Shown here: positions 49,193 through 58,872 of the stretch, one piece after another
How the letters are laid out: each line of letters opens with the position of its first letter
Numbering within the stretch: the first letter of the stretch is position 1
Program-made: the position numbers and the translations under genes
Notes under the pieces: model-generated
Database searches by the model: none
Told to the model about the DNA's origin: nothing
Seen by the model: only the letters and a program-made list of their open reading frames with translations
Virus record (IMG/VR): IMGVR_UViG_3300027896_000001
Location: 96,001-160,000 of that record
Length of the DNA: 64,000 nucleotides
Strand: one strand, 5' to 3'
Source: a virus

Positions 49193-49721
49193 GTTTAGCC
49201 GCCGCGGTTGCTATTTTTTTTCCTCTATTTTTTCCAACCCCGTGACCTATAAAAGCTATTATTATTCCTCCTATAGAGGTAATTAACGATTCTAAAATTT
49301 TTAATAAAAAATTTGAATTATCTCTTTGATGTTTATATGCGGTTTGAAGGTTTGTTACTATGAACAATAATTTATTGTATTTAATTTCTATTTGTTGAAC
49401 TTCATCCATTATAAGAAAATCTTGATTTTCAGTAGCAGTATAATTACGTTTATTTTTAGAACGACGATTTTTGGTTATTATTTTTGATTTTAAATTTTCT
49501 GTTGGCATTGGTTCTGGAAGGGAAACCACGGATGTATCAGCCTCGTTATATTCTCCAGCTGGATATTTTGCTGGAGCTGCCTTTTCAGATTTTTCAATAA
49601 TAAAACCCTTTAACGAAGGCTCTTCCTGCATTGTTTTGCTTTGCATAACCATTGAATCGATATTCATTGTTTGTGAAAAGCCAAGGACAGAAAGAATGGT
49701 AATTAAAAATAATGTTTTCAT
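49173..49721 (-). CDS. Secreted/membrane protein
   Basis: Signal peptide MKTLFLITILSVLGFS; C-terminal TM helix. Confidence 0.65.
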   Translation of the reverse strand: MKTLFLITILSVLGFSQTMNIDSMVMQSKTMQEEPSLKGFIIEKSEKAAPAKYPAGEYNEADTSVVSLPEPMPTENLKSKIITKNRRSKNKRNYTATENQDFLIMDEVQQIEIKYNKLLFIVTNLQTAYKHQRDNSNFLLKILESLITSIGGIIIAFIGHGVGKNRGKKIATAAAKRDTPAV

Positions 49722-49922
49722 TTAGCCTTCTTTCTTTGGCATTAGAGTTAATTTGGTAAAGGCTGGTGAAGCCATTTGATTCATTGTTTCAAGAAGCGCG
49801 GCAAGAAGAAGATCCTGATCATCAACCTTCTCTCCTTCGACTCCGCTTTTAAGAAGTTCCTGTCGCGTTTCCTGCATATTGGAAAAAATCTTAGCGACTT
49901 TTTCCAAACCTTCTTTGCTCAT
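49722..49922 (-). CDS. Hypothetical protein
   Basis: SD and operon packing. Confidence 0.65.
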   Translation of the reverse strand: MSKEGLEKVAKIFSNMQETRQELLKSGVEGEKVDDQDLLLAALLETMNQMASPAFTKLTLMPKKEG

Positions 49923-49935
49923 ATATTTTCCTTTC

Positions 49936-50220
49936 CTAAAAACAATACTTGAAAAAACATCCCGATTTCATAGAGTGAAAAATGAAATTTTCGGGAAAAG
50001 CGGAAAAACGCTTTTCTCCGATAGTTCTTCTTGAACCATCGATTTCATTTTCAATATGGAATTTTTTATTCTGCTTATCGTATGAAATATGTTTTGATGA
50101 TCGAACTCCAAAATTAAGAAGAACAAAAAATGATTCTCCGCCATCTTTACTAGCGTATTTTTTTAATTCTTTTATAGTTTTTACAGGTTTCGCTTTTTTA
50201 AGAATCGAAGAAACAGCCAT
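49936..50220 (-). CDS. Hypothetical phage protein
   Basis: SD AAGGA; operon packing. Confidence 0.65.
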   Translation of the reverse strand: MAVSSILKKAKPVKTIKELKKYASKDGGESFFVLLNFGVRSSKHISYDKQNKKFHIENEIDGSRRTIGEKRFSAFPENFIFHSMKSGCFFKYCF

Positions 50221-50237
50221 GAAAATCCTTTCTAAAA

Positions 50238-50311
50238 TCGGAGTGATAGGATTTGAACCTACGACTACCTGCGCCCAAGGCAGGTGCCCTACCAGGCTGG
50301 GCTACACTCCG
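50238..50311 (-). tRNA. tRNA-Pro(UGG)
   Basis: CGGAGTG acceptor, D loop with GG, anticodon stem CCTGC/GCAGG around TGG, GTTCAAATC T loop; CCA not encoded. Confidence 0.93.
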
Positions 50312-50313
50312 AG

Positions 50314-50685
50314 TTATTCTCCAATTGCTTTCATTTCTATTACATGCGCTAAATGATCAAATCCCTCTTTGACAGAAACACTGAGAGCTTCTATAGCCCC
50401 CATTTCTGTGGCAGCATTTCCAGTACCAAGGCGATGAATTGCGCCAGCTAACGTATCGCGAATAAGTTCGCCAAACCCAGCCATTTGTTCATCAAAAATG
50501 TCACCATTATTAATATAAGCAGACGTTTTCCTTCGTAATTCTAATATCTTTGCACATTCAATAACATCTCTTATATTACAATCAGTTTCTTTAGATATTT
50601 CTTTACATTCTTCAACAAAATTTTGAATATCTTTTTGATCAATACGCATCATACCTCTTGGACTTTGATTAAAAAGCGTTCCCAT
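50314..50685 (-). CDS. Hypothetical phage protein
   Basis: SD AGGAG; C-terminal LG.G.AAT.MGAIEAL motif. Confidence 0.7.
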   Translation of the reverse strand: MGTLFNQSPRGMMRIDQKDIQNFVEECKEISKETDCNIRDVIECAKILELRRKTSAYINNGDIFDEQMAGFGELIRDTLAGAIHRLGTGNAATEMGAIEALSVSVKEGFDHLAHVIEMKAIGE

Positions 50686-50698
50686 AAAATCTCCTATT

Positions 50699-50965
50699 CT
50701 ATAAAGTAAGCTTAGTAGCCGTATTAATAATCACTTGTTTTTTACACTCGTGCAAAAATGGCCACGGAAGTTCAGAATATCTTTTAGCGCGTCGAATTCC
50801 AAAAACAAAAGTATGAAACGCGAGTTTTCCTTCAGGAGTATTTTTTTGACAAACATCATAATGACGGATTGTTCCGCATTGTTCAGTATATCCAAAGCTA
50901 AACCATGTATCTGTTACTAAAGGATCTTCAGGAGACATCCAAAAATTTAATACTTTTATTCCCAT
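50699..50965 (-). CDS. Hypothetical protein
   Basis: SD AAGGAGG. Confidence 0.65.
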   Translation of the reverse strand: MGIKVLNFWMSPEDPLVTDTWFSFGYTEQCGTIRHYDVCQKNTPEGKLAFHTFVFGIRRAKRYSELPWPFLHECKKQVIINTATKLTL

Positions 50966-51001
50966 GAAGACCTCCTTTCTTTATTTCAGGTTTATTATTT
51001 T

Positions 51002-51073
51002 CTGGCGCCAACGGGCTCGAACCGCTAATAGGCAGGACCAAAACCTGCTGGCTTACCATTAGCCAAGGCGCCA
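51002..51073 (-). tRNA. tRNA-Gln(UUG)
   Basis: TGGCGCC/GGCGCCA acceptor with U1-A72, anticodon stem GCAGG/CCTGC around TTG, GTTCGAGC T loop. Confidence 0.9.
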
Positions 51074-51082
51074 ATAAAAATC

Positions 51083-51429
51083 CCTGCTCACAATCTGTAG
51101 GGCCGCGTGACAGCCTAGGACGCCCGGCGGTCGGTTTTGTGAGCAGGAAAAAGATCGGGTGGGCAGGTGTCTCACCTGCATGGTATACCATCGGCTTTTC
51201 GCCCCAGCCCGTAAATTAACGGGGGTCTCCTCCAGGCCAAAGAGGGCTACGCGCAACCGCGCAGTTTGCTGGCCCTAGGAGGACGCCAGCGTTCGGTCCT
51301 TCATAGAAAACCCCGTTAAGGGCACGAAACGGCGCAACGCAGCCGGCCATTATGCCTCGTTGTCCAGGATCGATCCATAAAAGCATAATCGGCTGACCAT
51401 AGTATGGTTCTATACCGTTCAATGCCCTT
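51083..51429 (-). ncRNA. Cluster of four tandem small structured RNA domains
   Basis: Closing stems at 51083-51147, 51156-51211, 51216-51319 and 51318-51429; GC-rich; no convincing ORF. Confidence 0.55.
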
Positions 51430-51662
51430 TATATTTTATGATTTTCAATATCGATATATTGAGGAATATCGAAATGTCCCATTAGCCAATAGTCTCTTAA
51501 AAGACCTGATCCATGAATTATGGATTCTACATTTGCTCCGCATTTACAGAACATCTCATCTCTTGGTATTCTAGAAAAAGGCTTTCGAAACATTCCGATA
51601 AATTTATGTTTTGCAGGATTAAGTTCGTCATCATTGCAGGATATTCCGTTTATTAAAACCAT
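51429..51662 (-). CDS. Small hypothetical protein with CxC motif
   Basis: SD AAGGA; W..GHFD.PQY. Confidence 0.65.
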   Translation of the reverse strand: MVLINGISCNDDELNPAKHKFIGMFRKPFSRIPRDEMFCKCGANVESIIHGSGLLRDYWLMGHFDIPQYIDIENHKI

Positions 51663-51731
51663 AAATTCCTTTCTTCTAATCGATCATGGGCGGCATTTCA
51701 GCCGCCCCTCCTTTTGTTAAGGTAAGAAAAA

Positions 51732-52131
51732 TGGAGCTAGAGGGAATCGAACCCTCGTCCGCAGCAAAGTCAAAACCAGTCTCTACGTGTGTAGAAGGAT
51801 TGTATATTTCAGAATTACTAATCCTACAACCTTATTCTGAAATGCAAGAATGTAACTTCGGGCCGTTTCTTTCTCCTGCGCTTCACGGATCCCTACTCCG
51901 TGTAAAATGTTTTCAGGCAAGCCACGGATCAACCTGAAAATGCGCCATCTTTAGTTAGATGGCGACTGCGGAACCGACTCCGCACATCTCCGCGAAGGAG
52001 AGGGCGAAATCAAGCCCCATGATACTACCCTGTTTGTTGGCAGTTATCGTTTCTCGTTTTTTACGAGGCCAACGAGAATCCTCGACACGCTGCTCGAATC
52101 CCCTTTGCTACGTCGAAACCAATTTAGCCCC
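51732..52131 (-). ncRNA. ssrA: tmRNA
   Basis: 5' GGGGCTA..TGGTTTCGAC; 3' GGTTCGATTCCCTCTAGCTCCA with G3-U pair; resume context ATAACT-GCC; tag ORF ANKQGSIMGLDFALSFAEMCGVGSAVAI*. Confidence 0.92.
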
Positions 52132-52142
52132 ATGTCTGTAAA

Positions 52143-55142
52143 TTATATCGTACACTTTTCGGTATCGCAATATTTTTCTCCAACCGCATCTCCAGTCAAT
52201 AAAGAATAATCCGCTGGCTTTATTTTTGAAATCATATCCTCATATCTTTCGGCAGAAATTTCTTCATAGACAGGTTGTTTATATGAATGCTCTTTTATAG
52301 GAAGCATCGAAATTGATTTTAATCTTGAATCAAATATTGAAAGGGCATTCACTATATCTCTGACTTCATCTTTTTTAAATGTGATTGTTATTGAAACCTG
52401 ATTATCAGACCACACTTTTTGGTAGTCTGCTGCATTTAAAAATTGCTCCCACATAGTAACTTCATTTTTTCCTTTAACGAAGTATTTGGTATGAATGGGA
52501 AACTCTATTAATAATGCAGTTTTATCAGTGACACTTTTTACAACGTTATATCCGGCATCTTTCATTATCTTCGCAAGTGGCGAATCTACAGTCACAGTAA
52601 CTCTGCGAATGTAATATTCAGAATGCGGATAATGAATTCCGGGACTTACGTTTGCAAGAAGCGATACTGTTCCGCTTGGTTTGACTGAAGTAATCTTGAT
52701 GCTCTTGGGAATGCATAGCCAATCAGCATAAATCGCATCAAGTTTTTTCAGATATGCATATCCTTTGTCACTCCATTCAAGAGTTGTTCTTCTTCCGTGT
52801 TTTGCAAATGAATCAATGATTCCTGATTGAGAAGTTCCTATTCGTCTGTTTCGCAACATGACAGCGTTGGTTTCTTCCCAATGAGTCGGTATAAGAGTGA
52901 CTGTTTTTGCGTATAGATAAGCATATTTTAAAGTCAGTTGATATTCGTCATAAGTTTCATGACGTGATGGAAAAGTCTCCACCAAGCAGCACAGTTCTTT
53001 GCTTTCAAGAGTTTGTTCTCCACATTGACCTGTTAAAATACCATTAAACATACCCAAATGTCTTTTATTCTCAGTAAAGCAAAAAGTATCATCTATTCTG
53101 TTTTCATCAGTAACAGATACTACTTTAATAAACTGAGAAGCATCTCTATTCGGAGTATGATAATCATATTTTACTCTTTTTGGTCTCCATCCTAAGTCGT
53201 ACAATTTTTTCAAACCATTTGATGTTACAATCAGCCTGTAACACGGGAGGCATTCATACTCTTTTAATTCTCTATTAGAATCGGGAAGAGTATGTAATCC
53301 ACCATCTTTCATTAATGATACTTTACTATCAATACCTATAGTTTGAAGCATCAGTCTTACTCTAAGTAAAAATTCTTTATTAACTGATGATACTTGAAGT
53401 ACTGGATTTCCATCAGCTAATTGTATATGACCGTCACCATCACAAAGACCAGCAAACCAATCAAGACGATCTTGAATTTTTATATCACAATAAGGAACAA
53501 AATACTTTGAATTCAAACCAGTGCATGTTATTTGAATTCTCATTCCATCTCCATACCCAACAGACAATTCTTTATACGATCCTTTGTTGTAATGAAGATT
53601 TTCTATAAGTTTCTTTTTCTCTTCAGAATACAACCATACATAGAAAGAATCTTCATTAAATTGCTGTCCATCAGCACAACAAAATCCATGAGTATACGGA
53701 TGTTTGAAATCTTTTATTCCATTGATAATTGGTAACTCGTATTTTATTAACTTGTCACCTTCTTTGAGGTCTTTTGTTGCTTTAGTAACAACGTTTCCTC
53801 TATCTGTAAATCTATTTTGAATTTTAAACTCGTGCGTCTCTGTAACATCAAGAGATACTCCATTTGAAAATTCAACATGAAGTAGTTTTTTCTTCTCACC
53901 AGTTTTTCTAACAATAACTGAAGAGAACTCAAAACCGTTCCACACGTTAACATACTTACCTTCAAGAGGAGCTATTTCTTTATACCCCTCATCTGTAAGT
54001 GTTAATGTTTCAGGAGCTACACACGGATTAACTCCATCAGCCTTATAATCCAGGTCATTGGGCAAATCACCCATACGGCCGTATCTTCTTGCATTGTTGA
54101 GCCATACAACTCCCGGTTCTCCATTCTTTGCAATGCTCTCAGCTATAGCTAAATAATCTTGCCCAACTACCGCCTTAACACTATTGTTTGAAGCCCATCT
54201 GAAATTATTTAATTCTTCCTTGTGTAAAATCGGATCTTTGATTGTAAGAAAATCAATATCATCAATTTCCCCCAAAGAAAGAAGTGCGCTCCTGCGAACA
54301 TTGCCGGAAACGACACACTTACCTATCATACAGCATAAATCCACTATATCTGTGGATTTTATTTTTTCTCCAATTCTGGAAATAAAAAGTTTCTCAATTC
54401 CTACAATAAGTTCTATTAATGGTTCAGGTCCGCTGGCCTCTCCGCCGAATCCACGAATAGAAGAACCTTTCGGTCTCACATTGCTGAAATCAAATTTCGG
54501 AATATCCGTTCCCAAAAGAAACCCGCTTAAAACAATAGCCATTGTTTCAACCCATCCTTCACGTGAATCAGGGACTATAGCTATTCCGTCAATTTTTTTT
54601 GGTTCTCTTATATTGATTTTTTCAGCGCCAAGAGTATCGAACCCCACGCCAACACCAAGCATAGACATATCCATTATGAATTTGAAAGGACCGATTGTGT
54701 CCCATGCAAGATTTTTCGTGGATACGAATGCGCAGTTGTTGAGAGCAGCCCCGCCGTTTTTATCTATGTACTCGGTTCCCATCATCCATAGACCACGGCC
54801 TGGAGGAGAAAATTTAAGATTGAATATCAGATCGAACATTATCCTGGCGCTGTTCTGAGCTTTAGTATTGTTCCATGGCACCTTATGCGCCTGACAGTGT
54901 TTTTTTTGAATGTTAAAACACCCTTCCACAACACGGCGCACGCATTCATGCCATCGTTCTTTTCTTCGTTTTCCACCTGATTCTATCCATCGTGAATAGG
55001 TGCGAAGAAAAGTAAATTCACTTATAGGGCTCCAATCAACCTTCTTATCTTCATATGATTTTATAAAATCATCTGATAGATAAAATGGAGTAATCTTCAC
55101 CTCGCTTTTAGGTAGAAAAAATGCACTTTGTTCTACTTCCAT
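52143..55142 (-). CDS. nrdJ: Class II (B12-dependent) ribonucleotide reductase, intein-interrupted
   Basis: RTYSR, PPGRGLW, NNCAF, GVGVGFD, GNVRRSA, NP|CGEQ.L...ELCCLVE, VKPSGT, C-terminal CDTEKC. Confidence 0.93.
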   Translation of the reverse strand: MEVEQSAFFLPKSEVKITPFYLSDDFIKSYEDKKVDWSPISEFTFLRTYSRWIESGGKRRKERWHECVRRVVEGCFNIQKKHCQAHKVPWNNTKAQNSARIMFDLIFNLKFSPPGRGLWMMGTEYIDKNGGAALNNCAFVSTKNLAWDTIGPFKFIMDMSMLGVGVGFDTLGAEKINIREPKKIDGIAIVPDSREGWVETMAIVLSGFLLGTDIPKFDFSNVRPKGSSIRGFGGEASGPEPLIELIVGIEKLFISRIGEKIKSTDIVDLCCMIGKCVVSGNVRRSALLSLGEIDDIDFLTIKDPILHKEELNNFRWASNNSVKAVVGQDYLAIAESIAKNGEPGVVWLNNARRYGRMGDLPNDLDYKADGVNPCVAPETLTLTDEGYKEIAPLEGKYVNVWNGFEFSSVIVRKTGEKKKLLHVEFSNGVSLDVTETHEFKIQNRFTDRGNVVTKATKDLKEGDKLIKYELPIINGIKDFKHPYTHGFCCADGQQFNEDSFYVWLYSEEKKKLIENLHYNKGSYKELSVGYGDGMRIQITCTGLNSKYFVPYCDIKIQDRLDWFAGLCDGDGHIQLADGNPVLQVSSVNKEFLLRVRLMLQTIGIDSKVSLMKDGGLHTLPDSNRELKEYECLPCYRLIVTSNGLKKLYDLGWRPKRVKYDYHTPNRDASQFIKVVSVTDENRIDDTFCFTENKRHLGMFNGILTGQCGEQTLESKELCCLVETFPSRHETYDEYQLTLKYAYLYAKTVTLIPTHWEETNAVMLRNRRIGTSQSGIIDSFAKHGRRTTLEWSDKGYAYLKKLDAIYADWLCIPKSIKITSVKPSGTVSLLANVSPGIHYPHSEYYIRRVTVTVDSPLAKIMKDAGYNVVKSVTDKTALLIEFPIHTKYFVKGKNEVTMWEQFLNAADYQKVWSDNQVSITITFKKDEVRDIVNALSIFDSRLKSISMLPIKEHSYKQPVYEEISAERYEDMISKIKPADYSLLTGDAVGEKYCDTEKCTI
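53025..54023 (-). mobile_element. 333-aa intein with LAGLIDADG endonuclease, ending in Gly-Gln
   Basis: Starts CVAPET; block B VT.THEF; HGFCCADG and AGLCDGDG; ends FNGILTGQ followed by extein Cys. Confidence 0.9.
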
Positions 55143-55537
55143 TCGACACCTTCTTCTGCTGCTGATTTTTGTTTTATTTTCTCTATTGTTTGATCTTCTA
55201 TACTTACTCCATTGCGTATTGATCCTGGGACCAATTCATAAACGCTTCTTCTTCTTCCGCATTCAGGGCATACTCTTCCTATAAAAACTTTATGACATTC
55301 ATCGCATTTAGAAAAACCAAGCCTGGCATCCTCGAAAACTTCTGAAACATATCTTTGCAAAACATAATTAGATAATGATGATATTCCATTAATTGGCAAC
55401 ATAATAAATCTATCATGGTAAAGCCTGAGAGGATCGACATTAACCAGGCGATTTCCTATTTTTTGAAATATTGGAAGAAGAGGCTCCCTGGGCCAGTTCT
55501 CTTCTATTTCTTCAATCGGTATTAATTTTATCCTCAC
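55133..55537 (-). CDS. Zinc-ribbon protein
   Basis: CDEC...CPECG. Confidence 0.7.
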   Translation of the reverse strand: MRIKLIPIEEIEENWPREPLLPIFQKIGNRLVNVDPLRLYHDRFIMLPINGISSLSNYVLQRYVSEVFEDARLGFSKCDECHKVFIGRVCPECGRRRSVYELVPGSIRNGVSIEDQTIEKIKQKSAAEEGVEWK

Positions 55538-55724
55538 TTTCGCCCTCCTTTAATTCCATGTTTTTCGGTATGGCCACTATTTTTTTTTTAATGTATATAC
55601 TTTCAATGACCACTGGCGGTTCCTTTTTATTCTCATTTATCATATTCAGATTTTTAAGAAAGTTTATAAATTTTTCTTTGAAGTCTTGAGGTATAGAAAT
55701 TAAAAAATAGTACCGTTCATCCAT
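55512..55724 (-). CDS. Hypothetical protein
   Basis: First gene after the conserved promoter motif. Confidence 0.6.
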   Translation of the reverse strand: MDERYYFLISIPQDFKEKFINFLKNLNMINENKKEPPVVIESIYIKKKIVAIPKNMELKEGESEDKINTD

Positions 55725-55755
55725 ACTTTATGTCTCCCATAAGTTAAACAATTTC

Positions 55756-55776
55756 ACTATAATAGTTATTACAAAA
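55756..55776 (-). promoter_or_regulatory. Putative phage promoter upstream of the nrdJ operon
   Basis: TTTTGTAATAACTATTATAGT, matches 7703-7723. Confidence 0.55.
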
Positions 55777-55780
55777 TTGG

Positions 55781-56233
55781 CTAGTCTATAACATCGCCAA
55801 TTTGTTCACTATCATAACGGGGCTCGAAACCCAAAGGAGCCATTGCCCAATCTTCATTTTCGTACGCGGCTATCATTTGAGGGTATACTTTTCTTATTTC
55901 TTCTTGATTGTTGGCGTCTGCCTTCATTATCATCCTTGCCATGTTTGTGACGAAACTTCCGGAATTATGAAGATACCAGATAAAAGACCCTTGTTCCGAT
56001 TTTTGATAACTAACCGGTTCACCAGGGCCTATATCTTCAAGGTTTACTATATCGTCAAATTCGCCTTTTGGCGCCTGATTCCAATCACTAAGATCATAGG
56101 CTTCTGTTGCGGCTGGATAGATTTTTTTTAATTTTTCCTGATTGTCTTTATCGGCTACACATATCGCGGTGGCAAGCAACTGAAGGAAAGTATTTGACGG
56201 CTGGCTTAAATAATAGTTAAAATTATTGCTCAT
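55781..56233 (-). CDS. Hypothetical protein with internal tandem duplication
   Basis: Two copies of F..YL.....F...(L/M)A..I..AD..NQE....YP....AY...DW..AP. Confidence 0.75.
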   Translation of the reverse strand: MSNNFNYYLSQPSNTFLQLLATAICVADKDNQEKLKKIYPAATEAYDLSDWNQAPKGEFDDIVNLEDIGPGEPVSYQKSEQGSFIWYLHNSGSFVTNMARMIMKADANNQEEIRKVYPQMIAAYENEDWAMAPLGFEPRYDSEQIGDVID

Positions 56234-56507
56234 GTTTATGCTCCTTGAATAAGGTTGTGATTGTATTTTTGTCTATTAACAAATCGAGAAGTTCTGAAAA
56301 ACCTGGAAGCTTTTCTTTTATTATTTTATCAAAATCTTCTGGTTTTAAAAAAGCTCCTACCGGCATATTTAAAAGAAGAGTTTTCAATTTTGCCTTGGTT
56401 GGATTATCAGAATATAAGCGGATGAAATTTACAAAGATTTCTTTAAATTTATCTACAACAAGCCCGTCCCATTCTTTCAAATAGGATTTTATCTGTTCGG
56501 ATTTCAT
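56223..56507 (-). CDS. Hypothetical protein
   Basis: Operon packing. Confidence 0.65.
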   Translation of the reverse strand: MKSEQIKSYLKEWDGLVVDKFKEIFVNFIRLYSDNPTKAKLKTLLLNMPVGAFLKPEDFDKIIKEKLPGFSELLDLLIDKNTITTLFKEHKHEQ

Positions 56508-56720
56508 TTACTTTTTCCAGCTTTTCTTTATGCTATGCCCCTTAGTGTGCCTATTAATTTTCCTGGTTGCGTCTGCTATCCTGCGGCGGATTTTCTTCAT
56601 TCTTATACGCCGGCCGGCAAACGGATCTGTGTTTCCATGCCCTTCTCCAGGCATTGGTGCTTTTTTGAATTCAGCGCCCGGCCTCATCATCCTGGACGCT
56701 AAAATGTCTAATATGTTCAT
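56508..56720 (-). CDS. Small basic protein
   Basis: SD AAGGAGG; Arg/Lys-rich. Confidence 0.6.
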   Translation of the reverse strand: MNILDILASRMMRPGAEFKKAPMPGEGHGNTDPFAGRRIRMKKIRRRIADATRKINRHTKGHSIKKSWKK

Positions 56721-56780
56721 GTGTCCTCCTTATTAGTTTAATATAATTGAAATTAAAACATTACAAAATTGTTAATCAGT

Positions 56781-56812
56781 AAAAAAAAGCCCGGATTTGC
56801 CCGGGCTTTTTT
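56781..56812. terminator. Intrinsic terminator
   Basis: A tract-GCCCGG attTg CCGGGC-type stem-T tract. Confidence 0.8.
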
Positions 56813-56830
56813 AATTCAAAGATCAGATGA

Positions 56831-57256
56831 TTAAAGCTTTGTTTGATTGAACGCTTTCTTCATCTGATTAAGTCGTCTGGTATTATCAAGGAAGGTGTCG
56901 GGGGACCCAACCAGGCTTTTAACGACTTTGTTCATTGAGGTCTTGAATGTTTTATCTTTTGCAAAAAGCCTCAACACATCAGGGGCTGTGGAATTGACCC
57001 CGCGCAAAAGACTGAGTTTTTGATAATTTAATCTTTTCATCCAGTTGCAGCAATCCATCTTATTTGCCGCGCTGGACATGACGTAGCCACGGACGTACAT
57101 TACGCCCGACATTTCATCGCGAAGGATTCTTACAAAATCATATACCGTGCTTTTCGACACGTTAAAATGATTTGCAACATCCCAAGCGGACGCATGCGGA
57201 TTCCTGAGGATATATGCTTTTACATCCTCTTTTAGGAGCTCGGTGTGAGCGTGCAT
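56831..57256 (-). CDS. HTH DNA-binding protein
   Basis: SAWDVANHFNVSKSTVYDFVRIL helix-turn-helix. Confidence 0.7.
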   Translation of the reverse strand: MHAHTELLKEDVKAYILRNPHASAWDVANHFNVSKSTVYDFVRILRDEMSGVMYVRGYVMSSAANKMDCCNWMKRLNYQKLSLLRGVNSTAPDVLRLFAKDKTFKTSMNKVVKSLVGSPDTFLDNTRRLNQMKKAFNQTKL

Positions 57257-57888
57257 TCTTCTATTTCCTTTCTCCGAAGGTTAACCGATTCAGACGCAAA
57301 AAGACTCGCGTCTATAATAGCCTGAGCAAGCCGTGAATGCTTGGTAGCCAATCTTTGATGTTCCAAGTATTCGTTGATTTCATTTTCAGGCAATTGCGAC
57401 AACGCTTCAATCGACGCAAATTCAGTAACTGTCGCAGACTTACTGAATCTGTTTGCCGTTTTCATCATGTTCTTTTTGGAAAAGGGGCTCTTGTTTGCTT
57501 GAACATTTGTTGCGGGGTTTTCATACATCCACAACTTCCCTTTTTTGATTATCTTGTTTTCGCTGTGTTTATTCAACACTTCGATAACTCTTGCTATATT
57601 CGTAATTTTCAGAGCTTTTGCCAATTGGCCGGAAGTTACCCCTTCCGGGTGTTTCTGAAAAAATGAATACTTTTTGTTACGGCGCAATTTATAGGCGCTT
57701 TTTACATATTTTTTCTTACGATAATAAAACGGGCCTTTACGAATAATTTCCCCGTTTTTCGCAAGACCGGTAAGGCAATTTCTTACAATTGTCATTGTCA
57801 GTCCAAGTTTGCTTTGAATATAGTTGCACCGTACGCCTTTGTTTCGTTCGACAACTCTTTTTACTCGTAATTGATTTGCTAATTTCAT
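57232..57888 (-). CDS. Tandem winged-helix-like basic protein
   Basis: IQSKLGLTMTIVRNCL..L...GEI and GVTSGQLAKALKI motifs. Confidence 0.6.
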   Translation of the reverse strand: MKLANQLRVKRVVERNKGVRCNYIQSKLGLTMTIVRNCLTGLAKNGEIIRKGPFYYRKKKYVKSAYKLRRNKKYSFFQKHPEGVTSGQLAKALKITNIARVIEVLNKHSENKIIKKGKLWMYENPATNVQANKSPFSKKNMMKTANRFSKSATVTEFASIEALSQLPENEINEYLEHQRLATKHSRLAQAIIDASLFASESVNLRRKEIEECTLTPSS

Positions 57889-57905
57889 TTAGTTCTCCTT
57901 AGTTA

Positions 57906-58139
57906 TTAAGTATGAAGTTTAATGTGTTTGTATCCTTTTCTGCTCCACACGTCCGGACAATCGCTTTCGGAACGAATTCCTCCTAGTCTTTCGTCTCCGT
58001 TTTTAGTGATTTTCCATGGACTTTTTTCCTTATATTGGTTAGTGGCAAAATTAATTATTTCTTTTTTTTTCCAATCTCCTGGCACGCATAAATACAGACT
58101 GCCAGGGTGATAAGTAATCACCAATGGTCCTTGGGACAT
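57906..58139 (-). CDS. Hypothetical phage protein
   Basis: CVP.DW....I..FA...CPD...H motif; SD GGAGG. Confidence 0.65.
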   Translation of the reverse strand: MSQGPLVITYHPGSLYLCVPGDWKKKEIINFATNQYKEKSPWKITKNGDERLGGIRSESDCPDVWSRKGYKHIKLHT

Positions 58140-58153
58140 ATTCCTCCCAAATT

Positions 58154-58618
58154 TTATGATTTGTGTTTTGGGCCGGGAAGAAGAAGTTGGCCCATATGGC
58201 CATCTTTAATAGCGGCTTGCAATTGAGGCATAAGTTCATTAATCATTGTATTTCCATTTGGCAATACGATATCACCAAAGAACTCATGTTCAAATGTGCG
58301 GATTCCGCTTTCCACACATTCAAGTTTTGCTTTGATGATTAAAAGCATTGCGCGCCATCTTTGGCGTGTAGCCTGTTCCCAGGCAATATAGGCATTTTGT
58401 TCATTACGTTCCCTGCCATTGCTTGTTGTTTTAAAATCTTCTTTCTTAGGCATAGGAACATTTAGCCTTATATGATATTGTCCAAGTTGAAAAGCAAGAA
58501 CGGCATCATCTCCCTTCCAGCCATACATGAAACCGGCGGCGCCATATCGTATTAAAACCTGCTCGATTTCATTTCTCGACCGCTCTGCCGAAACGGTCGT
58601 TTTATTTGCATATTTCAT
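58154..58618 (-). CDS. Conserved-type hypothetical phage protein
   Basis: YA..T.V..ERSR.EIE..L.RYGA...RQRWR..LL.IKAKLE.VE.GI..FE.EF. Confidence 0.75.
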   Translation of the reverse strand: MKYANKTTVSAERSRNEIEQVLIRYGAAGFMYGWKGDDAVLAFQLGQYHIRLNVPMPKKEDFKTTSNGRERNEQNAYIAWEQATRQRWRAMLLIIKAKLECVESGIRTFEHEFFGDIVLPNGNTMINELMPQLQAAIKDGHMGQLLLPGPKHKS

Positions 58619-58872
58619 TTCGCTCCTTTCGCGCTATCGCATTTACATTTGTCTTTATTCTGATAATATTGAAGTATTAAGTTATGCATCAATTGTCCTT
58701 TTATAGGAACCACTTCTTTACTGGTGCAATGATCCAGAATAAATATCTGTTGAGCAAGAGGGTCGATTTTTTTAGAAATTATTACACCCAAATTCCAAAT
58801 ACAAGCAATTGACAAAAAACCTATTGCGAACATTATCATCATGCCTGATTTCATAATATGTTCCTTTACCAT
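58615..58872 (-). CDS. Small membrane protein
   Basis: N-terminal hydrophobic helix. Confidence 0.55.
   Translation of the reverse strand: MVKEHIMKSGMMIMFAIGFLSIACIWNLGVIISKKIDPLAQQIFILDHCTSKEVVPIKGQLMHNLILQYYQNKDKCKCDSAKGAK

Noticed and set aside
51059-52141. Short ORFs over the tRNA, RNA cluster and tmRNA
   Set aside because: Explained by the RNA genes
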